Assembly: GCA_039799905.1 (NCBI GenBank)
Contig: JBDLRP010000013.1
Coordinates: 1 to 64,000 of the forward strand
Length of the DNA stretch: 64,000 nucleotides
Reading direction: 5' to 3'
DNA from: Pseudomonadota bacterium
Lineage (GTDB): Bacteria; Bdellovibrionota_B; Oligoflexia; Silvanigrellales; Silvanigrellaceae
Shown here: piece after piece, positions 10,248-19,232 of the stretch
Layout of the letters: each line of letters begins with the position of its first letter
Position numbering within the stretch: position 1 is the first letter of the stretch
Notes under the pieces: generated by a model
Databases searched by the model: none
Told to the model about the DNA's origin: nothing
Seen by the model: the letters and a program-made list of their open reading frames with translations, nothing else
Translations under genes and position numbers: made by a program

Positions 10248-11255
10248 ATGAAAGTCTTTTACGATCCGGTTCAAAAAACTCATGTGCTCTCGCACGAGAT
10301 CATCGCCGGAAAACGTTTCCGTCACCATGAACGGCGCGCCCGCATCGACATCATCCGACGCCACCTGAGGGCGTACGGAAAGTTCGAATTTATTGTTCCA
10401 GAACCAATTCCGATGGAGGCACTGCTTGCCGTCCACGACGAAGCTTATGTGCGCTTTCTTGAAAGCTCGCAGATGCTCTCCAAGGACGAGGTGATTTGGC
10501 CTTACGTCTTTCCTTGCGACCGGCGTGTGCCGGTCTATGAACCGGTGACAGTTTTCACGGCTGGATACTATTGCTTTGACGTCGGCACTCCCATCATGAG
10601 CGACACTTGGCAGGCTGCCATCGCAGCAGCATCTGGAGCCTACGCGGCCGCACAGCACCTCAAAAAAACAGGCGAAACAACATACGCACTGGCGCGGCCG
10701 CCGGGGCATCATGCGGCAGCAGCCTTGTTCGGCGGATATTGCTATTTAAACAACGCGGCGATCGCGGCCAGATACCTGTCCCAATACGGCAAAGTTCTGC
10801 TTATCGACTTTGATTATCACCACGGCAATGGAACACAGTCGATTTTCTACGACTCGTCCGACGTTTTTTATCTGAGCACGCATGGAAATCCCGCAATCGA
10901 ATATCCTTACTTCACGGGTTACGAACACGAAATCGGCATCGATGACGGAGTGGGTTACAACCTCAACTGCCCGCTGGAGCCACACTGCGGTCCCGAAGAA
11001 TATTTCAATACTTTTCATGCTGCGCTTGAAAAAGCTTTGAAAAAAAGTGACCCGCAGTTTGTCGTGTGTTCGTGCGGCTTTGACGTCGCCGACAAGGATC
11101 CACTCGGACACTTCGGACTCCAGCCAGAGCACTTTCATTCCCTGGGAGAGACCATTCGCTCGCTGAAAAAGCCGACCGTTCTCGTGCAAGAAGGCGGTTA
11201 TCTGGTCGAGCGACTTGGACTCAACGTTGAGGCATTCCTCACTGCCTTCCTCTGA
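10248..11255 (+). CDS. Histone deacetylase family / acetylpolyamine amidohydrolase
   Basis: 'RPPGHHA', 'GGYCYLNNAAIAA', 'DFDYHHGNGTQ', 'QEGGY'. Confidence 0.93.
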   Translation: MKVFYDPVQKTHVLSHEIIAGKRFRHHERRARIDIIRRHLRAYGKFEFIVPEPIPMEALLAVHDEAYVRFLESSQMLSKDEVIWPYVFPCDRRVPVYEPVTVFTAGYYCFDVGTPIMSDTWQAAIAAASGAYAAAQHLKKTGETTYALARPPGHHAAAALFGGYCYLNNAAIAARYLSQYGKVLLIDFDYHHGNGTQSIFYDSSDVFYLSTHGNPAIEYPYFTGYEHEIGIDDGVGYNLNCPLEPHCGPEEYFNTFHAALEKALKKSDPQFVVCSCGFDVADKDPLGHFGLQPEHFHSLGETIRSLKKPTVLVQEGGYLVERLGLNVEAFLTAFL

Positions 11256-11261
11256 ACAGCA

Positions 11262-12911
11262 TCAGATCCTGTGCAGAAAAATACTCACCACAGCCTTGTA
11301 TCCGATGTCCGCCTCAAGTTCGCGGCGGATGGCAATTCGCAATTCTTCGCCGAGCGTTTCTTCTGTCCAGTGTGACTTTCGCTGCGAGCGGGAAATGTCG
11401 CGGAAGGACGACTTTACAACCTCGAGAACCCGATCTGATTTAACGTAAACGCCACGCACCTGCAATTTGGGCTCGCTCAGCAAACGTGTCAGGCTTGCAT
11501 CGGCAAGCAAGGACACCTCGATGATCCCGTTGCGGGCCAGCATGACGCGGTTGCGCAAGACATCGCTCGATCCGGGCACAACACGCTCACTGCCGACAAA
11601 ATCACGCCCCGAGTCCCAGCGGTCTGTGACTCCCAAGGGTTCAGGCGCAATCGTCAGCACATCGCCGTTTTCCACCAGATGGCAATTTTCAGCTAAGACT
11701 CCGGCCGACTGTGCCACACTCAGGTGCTGGACAAGATTTCGATACTCGCCATGCAACGGCATGAACATCTTCGGCTTCACAAGCGCAATGCAATCGCGCA
11801 GATCCTCAACGTAACCATGACCGCTGACGTGAACGTCGGCGTCCTTGCCCGTGAGCACGCGGCAACCCAAACGCCAGAACTGATTTATCAGAACGTTGAT
11901 TGACTTTTCATTTCCCGGAATCGCCCGTGCAGACAAAATCACCAGATCATCGCCATTGAGTCGGATGTTCTCCATGCTGCCGAAGGCAAGGCGGTTGGCT
12001 CCCGAAAACATTTCGCCCTGCGTACCTGTACAAATGATACACAGCTCACTCGCAGGGATCAGTTTCAGCTCATCACTGGACACAACAAAATTGTCATCGA
12101 CATCACCGATGATTCCAAGCCGCCTTGAGATCTCGTAGTTGCGCAGCAACGACCTGCCGACGAGAAGTACCTTGCGGCCACTTGCTTTTGCAGCATCAAA
12201 AATACTTTTCACGCGCCATATATTGCTGGCAAAAGTTGCCACAACAACCCGTCCGCGGACTCCCTTGAAGAGATCAAGCAGACTGTCGGCAATCTGCTTC
12301 TCCTCGCGATCGCGACCTTTCACAAAAACGTTTGTCGAGTCTGATGTCATGAGCAATGTTTGTCGGCCTGCCGTAATGCGCGCCAGATTGTCGAGCGTGA
12401 CAGAGCCTTCGGGCGCCGAACGATCGACCCGATAGTCGCCGGTGTGCAGCAGATTTCCGTATCGCGTCTCAAAATAGAGTCCGCACGCGTCGGGTATACT
12501 GTGATTGACGGGAAAAGGAGTGACTGCGGCGTGCCGAAAAGTTGTCTTCTGCCAGACCTGCCAGATGTTCAACTCTGGCTCCGGAAGCGACAGACCGCGG
12601 AATTTCTCGCGGATCAACTCCGCAGTGAATTCGGTTGTATAAACAGGTGCTGGAAATTCAGAATACACAAAGGGAAGCGCACCGATGTGATCTTCATGGC
12701 CGTGCGTGATGAGCCACGCGGCCGGCTTGATGCCGCGCTCGCGGACAGCCTGCAGAGATGGAAAAATCAGATCCATCCCCGGCAGGTTTTCGTCAGCAAA
12801 AAGCGTTCCGCAATCAACAAAAAACCATGAATCATCAACACGCCACAAAGTGAGATTCATTCCAATCTCACCGCACCCCCCAAGGGGAATGACTTGAAAC
12901 GACTTAGTCAT
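11262..12911 (-). CDS. rnj: Ribonuclease J
   Basis: 'PLGGCGEIGMN', 'THGHEDHIG', 'NHSIPD', 'TGTQGE', 'HVSGHG', 'PLHGEYR'. Confidence 0.95.
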   Translation of the reverse strand: MTKSFQVIPLGGCGEIGMNLTLWRVDDSWFFVDCGTLFADENLPGMDLIFPSLQAVRERGIKPAAWLITHGHEDHIGALPFVYSEFPAPVYTTEFTAELIREKFRGLSLPEPELNIWQVWQKTTFRHAAVTPFPVNHSIPDACGLYFETRYGNLLHTGDYRVDRSAPEGSVTLDNLARITAGRQTLLMTSDSTNVFVKGRDREEKQIADSLLDLFKGVRGRVVVATFASNIWRVKSIFDAAKASGRKVLLVGRSLLRNYEISRRLGIIGDVDDNFVVSSDELKLIPASELCIICTGTQGEMFSGANRLAFGSMENIRLNGDDLVILSARAIPGNEKSINVLINQFWRLGCRVLTGKDADVHVSGHGYVEDLRDCIALVKPKMFMPLHGEYRNLVQHLSVAQSAGVLAENCHLVENGDVLTIAPEPLGVTDRWDSGRDFVGSERVVPGSSDVLRNRVMLARNGIIEVSLLADASLTRLLSEPKLQVRGVYVKSDRVLEVVKSSFRDISRSQRKSHWTEETLGEELRIAIRRELEADIGYKAVVSIFLHRI

Positions 12912-12920
12912 GCATCGCCT

Positions 12921-14654
12921 TTATCGCGAGATCCTTTCAAGGGTGTCGAGATTCTCCCGCACCACAAAACGGAAAGGAAATGAAATTGTGATAGCCCCGT
13001 TGACGGGCTTCGGGAAAGTCCATGCCTTAATTTTCTTTTCCAGGCAGCCAATGAACGCGGGATCTTTGATCGTGGTGTTTTCGACCTTCGAACGGCTCAG
13101 TCTACCATTTTCCGCAATCGTCCATTTCCAGAGTATAGAACCGCCCAAACGAGGATTGCGGTTGAGCGCAACATCGTAACAGCGCTTGACCTCGGGACTC
13201 CGGCTGCGGACAAAAGATTCGACATCTCCCATGCTGATCTTTGCCGGAAGCTTGGGTACTGGCGGAGGAGGAAGCTTTCCCAATGACAGTTTCGCGTTCT
13301 TAAAAAGCTGCTCTTCATTGCCGTCTGTGCTGGTCACGGAAGGCATCGTCAGCACGCTAGCTACAGTGAGTGAATCACCCGACCAAACCAGCGGTTGCTC
13401 TTCGCCAGTCACTGAAGTTAGCTCTGAAGCGACAGAAAACTTTTGTCTTTTTCTTGCCAGTGCAGCAAAACTTTCGGCCAATTGATAATTGAGTTTTTCA
13501 TCGGAAAAAGCCTTCTCCGCGAGCCTGAAAAACAGTCCGGGCTCCTTCGGGGGATCAAAAATTTCTGGAATTTCTGCCGACTCTGCAGCGAAATGACCCT
13601 TCATGTATTCATGTTCAGTTTGAATCATCGACAGCGCTGCAGCGTGTGTCTTGTCGAGCCGCTCAAGCCGCGCACGGACACGTTCGGCGATCGAACCACG
13701 CTCGCCGCCGGAAACAGCAACACGGAAGGGCGTGTAAGCCTTTTGGCCGGTCATGAATGTTCCCGGAGCAGCGGCATCGCGACGGCCCACAACCGCCTTC
13801 CAACTGTCATCAAGTGTTGACTGCCAACCACGCCTGCGTGCAACAATATCCTCGGGAACCGAAAAACCCCGTAATACGGGAATCGGCGAATCGTAACTCC
13901 CACCGAGCTCTTCGGCCTGCCACTTTGTTCGCAAATCCTCGACCCAGCGCACGGCCTGCTTGCTGATCGCCTTGGCGTCGAATTCTCCAGCATAGGCCCA
14001 CGGCAGAATCTGGAAGTGATCCGGATGAATAATTTCGGCCGAGAGAAACGGCGACAATTCGCTGATTCCGCCAAATGAGCCTATCGGTGATTTATTCAAC
14101 CAAATCACTGCAGGAATTGTGATACACGCGGTGGAAATGAGACCCAGAAAAAATCCGGCCTTTTCGAAGGCGGTCTGTCCGTGCGGCAGTGCAAACGGAG
14201 CCTTCGGTGCGCCCTTGATCTTCGCAGCCGCCACCGGTGCTTTTGCTTTGGCCACGCGAAAGACGATGGTGTATCCGGATACTTCCAAAGCTCCACGGCT
14301 TCCATCGGGAATGGCAACTTCGAGTGGTTCGAGTACGGTCGCCAGCTCCTTGAGCGCGCCGCGCGGAGCGATGAAGTCGCGCACCGATCCGAACCGCTGG
14401 CCGTCGGAAACAAAGCCATCTAAGCGCGGATCGAGAAGCACTTTGGCGCCCCATTTGGTCACTTCAAAGAGACGCATGTCAGTGGGAAAGGGAGCAAAAG
14501 GGACAGACAGCTCCGCCTGCGCGGATTTGCCGACCCGTACAACACGCGAAGGGCCGAGCGGAAACTCGCCCTCACATTGCATTGCCGGTCCTTGATAAAC
14601 CTGTACGGAAAGAATCGTGGCAGGGCCGCGTTTCTTTTCGGGACGAACCGCCAT
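12921..14654 (-). CDS. GltG/PglI/AgmX-like energy transducer: N-terminal FHA-like domain, single TM helix, C-terminal TonB-C-like domain
   Basis: 'VRVGKSAQAELSVP' FHA-like start; one TM segment; Pro-rich linker; C-terminus 'VKRCYDVALNRNPRLGG...W.I...G....CL...IK.WTFPKP..G...ISFPFRF'. Confidence 0.8.
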   Translation of the reverse strand: MAVRPEKKRGPATILSVQVYQGPAMQCEGEFPLGPSRVVRVGKSAQAELSVPFAPFPTDMRLFEVTKWGAKVLLDPRLDGFVSDGQRFGSVRDFIAPRGALKELATVLEPLEVAIPDGSRGALEVSGYTIVFRVAKAKAPVAAAKIKGAPKAPFALPHGQTAFEKAGFFLGLISTACITIPAVIWLNKSPIGSFGGISELSPFLSAEIIHPDHFQILPWAYAGEFDAKAISKQAVRWVEDLRTKWQAEELGGSYDSPIPVLRGFSVPEDIVARRRGWQSTLDDSWKAVVGRRDAAAPGTFMTGQKAYTPFRVAVSGGERGSIAERVRARLERLDKTHAAALSMIQTEHEYMKGHFAAESAEIPEIFDPPKEPGLFFRLAEKAFSDEKLNYQLAESFAALARKRQKFSVASELTSVTGEEQPLVWSGDSLTVASVLTMPSVTSTDGNEEQLFKNAKLSLGKLPPPPVPKLPAKISMGDVESFVRSRSPEVKRCYDVALNRNPRLGGSILWKWTIAENGRLSRSKVENTTIKDPAFIGCLEKKIKAWTFPKPVNGAITISFPFRFVVRENLDTLERISR

Positions 14655-15214
14655 CAGTGCGCCCCCTGTTTTTGCTCGGCTCGAACATCAACCGCATAGC
14701 GGATGGTGTCGAAGCCACTTTTTACCAAAAGATCTGCGAGTGGCTTAATGGAATTGAGAGGTATTTTTTCGTCAACCCACAGGTCGGCGACACCGAGCCC
14801 AGCAGTCATCTTCTTTTTCAGCAGTGCAGTAAGCTCGATGTCTTTGACACGATCTGCCACTAGTTTGTCGAGCAGGGGCAACTGCTCGGGCAGGCGAACC
14901 GAATGGCCGCTGTCAAAGATCACCCGCAGTGTGGAGTCATTCCTTTCAGCACGCACCGCAAGAGTCAGACTGCTGGGCGACTGTCCTTTCACCTGCAGGA
15001 CATCGGTGTTCACCCTGTGGAGCGGCAGATGCATGCTCTCAATCAGAAAAAATTCCCCACGCACCTTCAGAGTCAGTATAAAGATGAACCAAGTCAGAAA
15101 GGCACAAAATCCGTAGGCAAGGAGAATGGCGTGTGTAGGCCTTCCCGTGTGCCGTTTGACACTCGGATGACCGATTTTCCAAACACCAAACTGTCGTGTG
15201 CCCTCGGTGAACAT
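14654..15214 (-). CDS. Divergent ExbD/TolR/AglS-like membrane protein
   Basis: N-terminal TM helix; C-terminal 'WVDEKIPLNSIKPLADLLVKSGFDTIRYAV' matches the ExbD periplasmic motif AD...PY..V..V......G...I..A; operon position. Confidence 0.65.
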   Translation of the reverse strand: MFTEGTRQFGVWKIGHPSVKRHTGRPTHAILLAYGFCAFLTWFIFILTLKVRGEFFLIESMHLPLHRVNTDVLQVKGQSPSSLTLAVRAERNDSTLRVIFDSGHSVRLPEQLPLLDKLVADRVKDIELTALLKKKMTAGLGVADLWVDEKIPLNSIKPLADLLVKSGFDTIRYAVDVRAEQKQGAH

Positions 15215-15224
15215 TTGCGCCTCT

Positions 15225-15782
15225 TCACAAAGGATTAACTAAATCTACCCGCACCAGTGCCGGACGAACTTCCTCACGGAAAACACTTTGGTTGAGACCT
15301 TCCATCAATCCAGCCAGTTCAGCCATTTCAGAGAAAGTAATCTTGGACGACTTGCGCGCGGATTCGCCAACGGCAATCACACGAACAGGGGCCTTCACAT
15401 GCACACGCAGCCAATTCTCAAGCTCAACACGCACAGAGGTCAGACCGCTGGGCGCGGGATTCTTCAAAAGCAGCTGCGACCCGCCCTGCGGAGCAATCAC
15501 ATCGGCGATTCGCCCGACGACAAGTCCTTCGGTACCCCAGAAGAACGTCAGAGTGTCACGCCCCAACTGCCTTGCGGACGCCTCGTCACTGCGCGGCAGA
15601 CTCGGATATTTGAACTCCAAAAATCCGGCGCTCTGCGGATACATCATCAAAATCTGTGAACCTGTCAGAGCAGCGCCGACTGCCGTCATTACGGCAAGAA
15701 TTCCGGCCCACGCTCCCCAAGCGAGATCAAATGATCTCTTCTTCGTCTGGAACGGGATCCGAGCGCTCCGCGCTTGCAACAT
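15225..15782 (-). CDS. Divergent ExbD/TolR/AglQ-like membrane protein
   Basis: ATG 15782 has GGGAGG SD and overlaps the ExbB-like 3' end; basic N-terminus then a single TM helix; lies between the ExbB-like and second ExbD-like genes. Confidence 0.55.
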   Translation of the reverse strand: MLQARSARIPFQTKKRSFDLAWGAWAGILAVMTAVGAALTGSQILMMYPQSAGFLEFKYPSLPRSDEASARQLGRDTLTFFWGTEGLVVGRIADVIAPQGGSQLLLKNPAPSGLTSVRVELENWLRVHVKAPVRVIAVGESARKSSKITFSEMAELAGLMEGLNQSVFREEVRPALVRVDLVNPL

Positions 15783-16521
15783 CCTGATAGCCTCCCTTAG
15801 CTCCGTCAGCAGAATCTTCACCTGCAGCCGCTGATGCCTGCGGCCCTTCTCCAACAACCGCCTGCGCGGCAGCCACAGGCTGCGCAAAGACGGGCTGCAT
15901 CTCTGGAGCGAGGAGATTCAAAATCACCGTCAGGCTGTGCTCGATCTCTCCCTCAAGGCGACTCGCCATCGCATCGAGAACTCCATAAGGAATCATCAGA
16001 AATACGGAAGCCCCAAGGCCCAACGCGATTGGCGTCAGCGCCTGGCTCAAACCGCGGCTGAATGCAAAACTTTTGAGTCCCAACTCCAGGCCGTCGACCA
16101 TCTGGAAACTCTGCCAAACCCCGTTGACAGCAGCGAGCGCGCCGAGCAGCACTGCAACTGCGGCAAGGTTGGGAAGCTGTGAAATGCGTCTGCGGATCCG
16201 TGGCATAAACGCCAGCGTTTCCTCCGAAACCACCATCCGCACGCGAAAGTTTTCAGTTTCGTATGCCTCGATTGCCTTGGCGGCAATCAGCGGAAGGCCG
16301 GTGTTGCCTGAAGCCGCGCAATACTGACGCGCACGATCCAAATCTCCCGCCGACAGCATCCGGCGCAAAGTCGAATTGAACTTTCCAAAATTCAGGCGGT
16401 AGGTCAGCTGCAAAACAATAAAGCGTTCAAAAACGATGACCCAGCCAACGGCAAAGATTGCGAGTATGATGTAGGGAACCGGCTGCCGCGCTCGGAAGAG
16501 TTCAAACATTTCTTGAATCAT
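15727..16521 (-). CDS. MotA/TolQ/ExbB proton-channel family protein (AglR-like, divergent)
   Basis: 'IVFERF' after TM1; 'AGDLDRA'; TM2/TM3 spacing 'LLG...V.G..QSF...GLSQAL...ALGL'. Confidence 0.85.
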   Translation of the reverse strand: MIQEMFELFRARQPVPYIILAIFAVGWVIVFERFIVLQLTYRLNFGKFNSTLRRMLSAGDLDRARQYCAASGNTGLPLIAAKAIEAYETENFRVRMVVSEETLAFMPRIRRRISQLPNLAAVAVLLGALAAVNGVWQSFQMVDGLELGLKSFAFSRGLSQALTPIALGLGASVFLMIPYGVLDAMASRLEGEIEHSLTVILNLLAPEMQPVFAQPVAAAQAVVGEGPQASAAAGEDSADGAKGGYQDVASAERSDPVPDEEEII

Positions 16522-16841
16522 TGCCCATCTCCGGATTGAACTTTTTCAACTTTTTTTGAATCAGCTGCATTTCCGCTGCGTTTATCGGAAGGAGGAGTCA
16601 AAAACAGGTCGGCGTTTCCAAGAATTGAAATCAATTCGTCACGCGACGTGCGGCGCGGCTTGACGGTAAAAATCTCGTAAGATGAATTGACCGCCACCGG
16701 AACTTCAGAGAGCAACGGAACGGACTGATCTCCCCGGATCAGCAACGGCTCTGCAGCAGCGGCCTGCCCAATGCACAGCAGCGTGCAAGCCATCACGGCT
16801 CCGTGGCGAAATATATTTTCTGCAATATTTCTCATATTCAT
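16518..16841 (-). CDS. Small secreted protein, possibly GltF/CglF-like
   Basis: Signal peptide ending AAAA; 'IRGD...P...Y....RRTSRDELI' recalls the I.G....P...R.SF...I pattern of GltF; ATGA overlap with the ExbB-like gene. Confidence 0.5.
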   Translation of the reverse strand: MNMRNIAENIFRHGAVMACTLLCIGQAAAAEPLLIRGDQSVPLLSEVPVAVNSSYEIFTVKPRRTSRDELISILGNADLFLTPPSDKRSGNAADSKKVEKVQSGDGQ

Positions 16842-16897
16842 ATCCTGCCCTCTTCAAGGTAACAGGACTGAACATCTGCAATTACTGCACTATTTAC

Positions 16898-18166
16898 CTA
16901 TTCTTGCTGTTCAAGTTGGAGAAAGTCGAAATCCGCTGTGAAACCGCGGCGGGTGCTGTCAACACAAACCCGGTGGGCACAAATTTCCGCAATGTCGGTA
17001 AATTGAAAAGCACCGCCAGCGCGCACACTCTCGCGGTTTTGCACCAAATCCACAGTGCGTGTGTGACCATCTGCGCGCGACTGTTCGAGCGCGGCAATCA
17101 GAAACGAACCCGACCCGGCATAGAAATCCAAACACCGCTGTGGCCGGGAGGTGTCCGTGCACGGGACCATTGCGAGCAACTGACTCAACAACCCGACAGG
17201 CTTGGGAAAATCAAATACGCGCTCGCCAAATATGCTCTGGAGCTCCTCCTGAGCATCCTCATTCGTCGGCCAGTTGGTCCCGTCGTCTTCGGCATGCCGT
17301 CTTTTTCGCTCGCTCGGCAAGACCCTTCGGCGAAGACCAAAATGCTTGGTAATGAAGCCTGTCTCCGCCCATAAATCCTGTTGAATTCGGAACGGGCCGC
17401 GAACGCGCGCGGCGGACTTTGTTTGCCCGCCGGCCACACTCAGTTCATCAAGCAACTGAAATGCGAGCGAACGATTTTTGTATTCACCTGCGGGATATCT
17501 GCCGTCGGCACAGAAGGCCTGAAACCCCTCCGGAATTATACGCTCGACAATTTTGTTGGACGCATTGAGCACGGGGCGCGTTGATTCTTCGGTGTCGCCG
17601 CCAAGCAAGCGCGGACAGCTCTTGGCGTCACGGGCGAAAACAACCACGTACTCAAACAAGGCGCTCATGTGCCTGTCAAGAAAACTCGGCTTCCGCTTGC
17701 GCCGCCATTTGATGGTGCCGATGTGATTGGCGTGCCCGAATATCTCACGTAAAATCGTGAGCAGATGACAGGCTTCGTGGTCGTCAATGCTAACGAACAG
17801 AACACCGCTTTCACATAGAAGCTCACGCGCAAGAAGCAAGCGCGGATAGATTTCGGTCAGCCATGCGGCGGACGCTCCGCCATCCGAACTTTTACCCTGC
17901 TTTTTGTCGTTGTAGGTGAGCGTGCTGCCGGTGTTGTAGGGCGGGTCGATATAAATGACGTCGTACCGCGCTCCGGACGAGCGCAGACATTTCAGAACCG
18001 GAAGATTGTCTCCAGCTATAACCCGATGGACAGAATCCCCGATCAAGGGGCGGCATTCTGCCGTCAGCCTGCACTGCGGGCTCCACGAAACCAATCGGGT
18101 CTCATTGAGCTCGTCCACAGCGCGCCTGCCAGCTGCTGATTTACCTGGCCACGTCAATTCCAGCAC
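16898..18166 (-). CDS. Adenine-specific DNA methyltransferase, type III Mod-like (beta class), orphan
   Basis: 'LELTWPGK' N-terminus, 'GDNL..LK', catalytic 'IYIDPPYNTG', 'FDFPKP', SAM-binding 'DFYAGSG'. Confidence 0.9.
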   Translation of the reverse strand: MLELTWPGKSAAGRRAVDELNETRLVSWSPQCRLTAECRPLIGDSVHRVIAGDNLPVLKCLRSSGARYDVIYIDPPYNTGSTLTYNDKKQGKSSDGGASAAWLTEIYPRLLLARELLCESGVLFVSIDDHEACHLLTILREIFGHANHIGTIKWRRKRKPSFLDRHMSALFEYVVVFARDAKSCPRLLGGDTEESTRPVLNASNKIVERIIPEGFQAFCADGRYPAGEYKNRSLAFQLLDELSVAGGQTKSAARVRGPFRIQQDLWAETGFITKHFGLRRRVLPSERKRRHAEDDGTNWPTNEDAQEELQSIFGERVFDFPKPVGLLSQLLAMVPCTDTSRPQRCLDFYAGSGSFLIAALEQSRADGHTRTVDLVQNRESVRAGGAFQFTDIAEICAHRVCVDSTRRGFTADFDFLQLEQQE

Positions 18167-18175
18167 GGGCGAATC

Positions 18176-18460
18176 TCATTCCTCGTCGTCGAACTCTGCG
18201 TCGGTTTCAACTTCATCCCAGTTAAAGCCGTTCGCTGCGATGACAATCTCGTAATAAACGTTGTTTCTCTTGACCAAGTCACCAGTGAAAAAACACTCCT
18301 GACCGTCGACAGTCAGAACATTCGGGACTTCTTCATCTTCGTTGTCGACGTCGTAGCCGGCTTCGCGATAAATCGATACAACAGCCTCGACATCAACGAG
18401 GTAATACTGGCCGTTTCCAAATGCTCTTTCAGCTATTGATGCGGGTGCCGTCATGTTCAA
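18176..18460 (-). CDS. Small acidic hypothetical protein
   Basis: 94-aa ORF with strongly Asp/Glu-rich, protein-like composition, 9 bp upstream of the MTase; true start may be 18454. Confidence 0.7.
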   Translation of the reverse strand: MNMTAPASIAERAFGNGQYYLVDVEAVVSIYREAGYDVDNEDEEVPNVLTVDGQECFFTGDLVKRNNVYYEIVIAANGFNWDEVETDAEFDDEE

Positions 18461-19232
18461 TTTCCTTACTTTGGGGCGAAGTGATTCGCCAAGCTGGCTT
18501 AGCCCAGAACCTACCAGCGGACAAGGTCAGCAGAGTGCTGCAGAGCGTAAACGGCATTTGCGCGCGAACTTCCGTGAATCACGGGGAAAACTCAGGCAAC
18601 ACGCACTGCGCGAGGGGGCCGGCTGGGGCAGCATTCAACTCCAACGCACCCTCGATTTTCTCGCTGACCGGCGAATCACCTCAAAAACGTCCGCGCGAAC
18701 CATCGCCAGTTATTGGCCGATTGACTCGGAACTGTGCCTGTTGCCCGGCGTCGCGAACAGGAACGCAACTCAAAACAAAAGTGCCGGCCAACCTGTCGCA
18801 TACGAAGGAACGATTTCCTGGCAACTTCCTCTGACGCTTCCCAGTAAGGAGCTTTCTTGGTTTGAGCTCTCGCCGGAGGTCGAAACCTGGCCGCGCGACA
18901 GAAACGGACTACCGCTGACTCCTGCAGATGTGAGCACCGGCCGATTTGCAGAGCACCAACCCGCACCCTGGATTGTCTTGGTTCCCTGTTTGGCCGTCGA
19001 TCGCGATGGTTATCGGCTTGGCTACGGCGGAGGATATTACGATCGTTTTCTTGAGAAACATGCGGCAAACTGTCTGACGATAGCCTGCGTGCCCGATGAA
19101 CTTCTCCTCGAGGCTGGAAAAATTCCCGTCGAGAGTCACGACCGTCCGGTCGACCTTATTGTGAGTGAGCGCAGACTTTTCGAGCCACGCCGCGAGCAGT
19201 TGCTTGAAAAAATAAATTTATTCAACTGCTGA
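18453..19232 (+). CDS. ygfA: 5-formyltetrahydrofolate cyclo-ligase
   Basis: 'KRHLR', 'SYWPIDSE', 'VPCLAVDRDGYRLGYGGGYYDRFL', 'IPVESHD.PVD.IVSE'. Start codon uncertain. Confidence 0.9.
   Translation: MFNFLTLGRSDSPSWLSPEPTSGQGQQSAAERKRHLRANFRESRGKLRQHALREGAGWGSIQLQRTLDFLADRRITSKTSARTIASYWPIDSELCLLPGVANRNATQNKSAGQPVAYEGTISWQLPLTLPSKELSWFELSPEVETWPRDRNGLPLTPADVSTGRFAEHQPAPWIVLVPCLAVDRDGYRLGYGGGYYDRFLEKHAANCLTIACVPDELLLEAGKIPVESHDRPVDLIVSERRLFEPRREQLLEKINLFNC

Noticed and set aside
18400..18520. 6S RNA (ssrS), often found upstream of ygfA
   Set aside because: No intergenic space; the upstream sequence is coding on the opposite strand.
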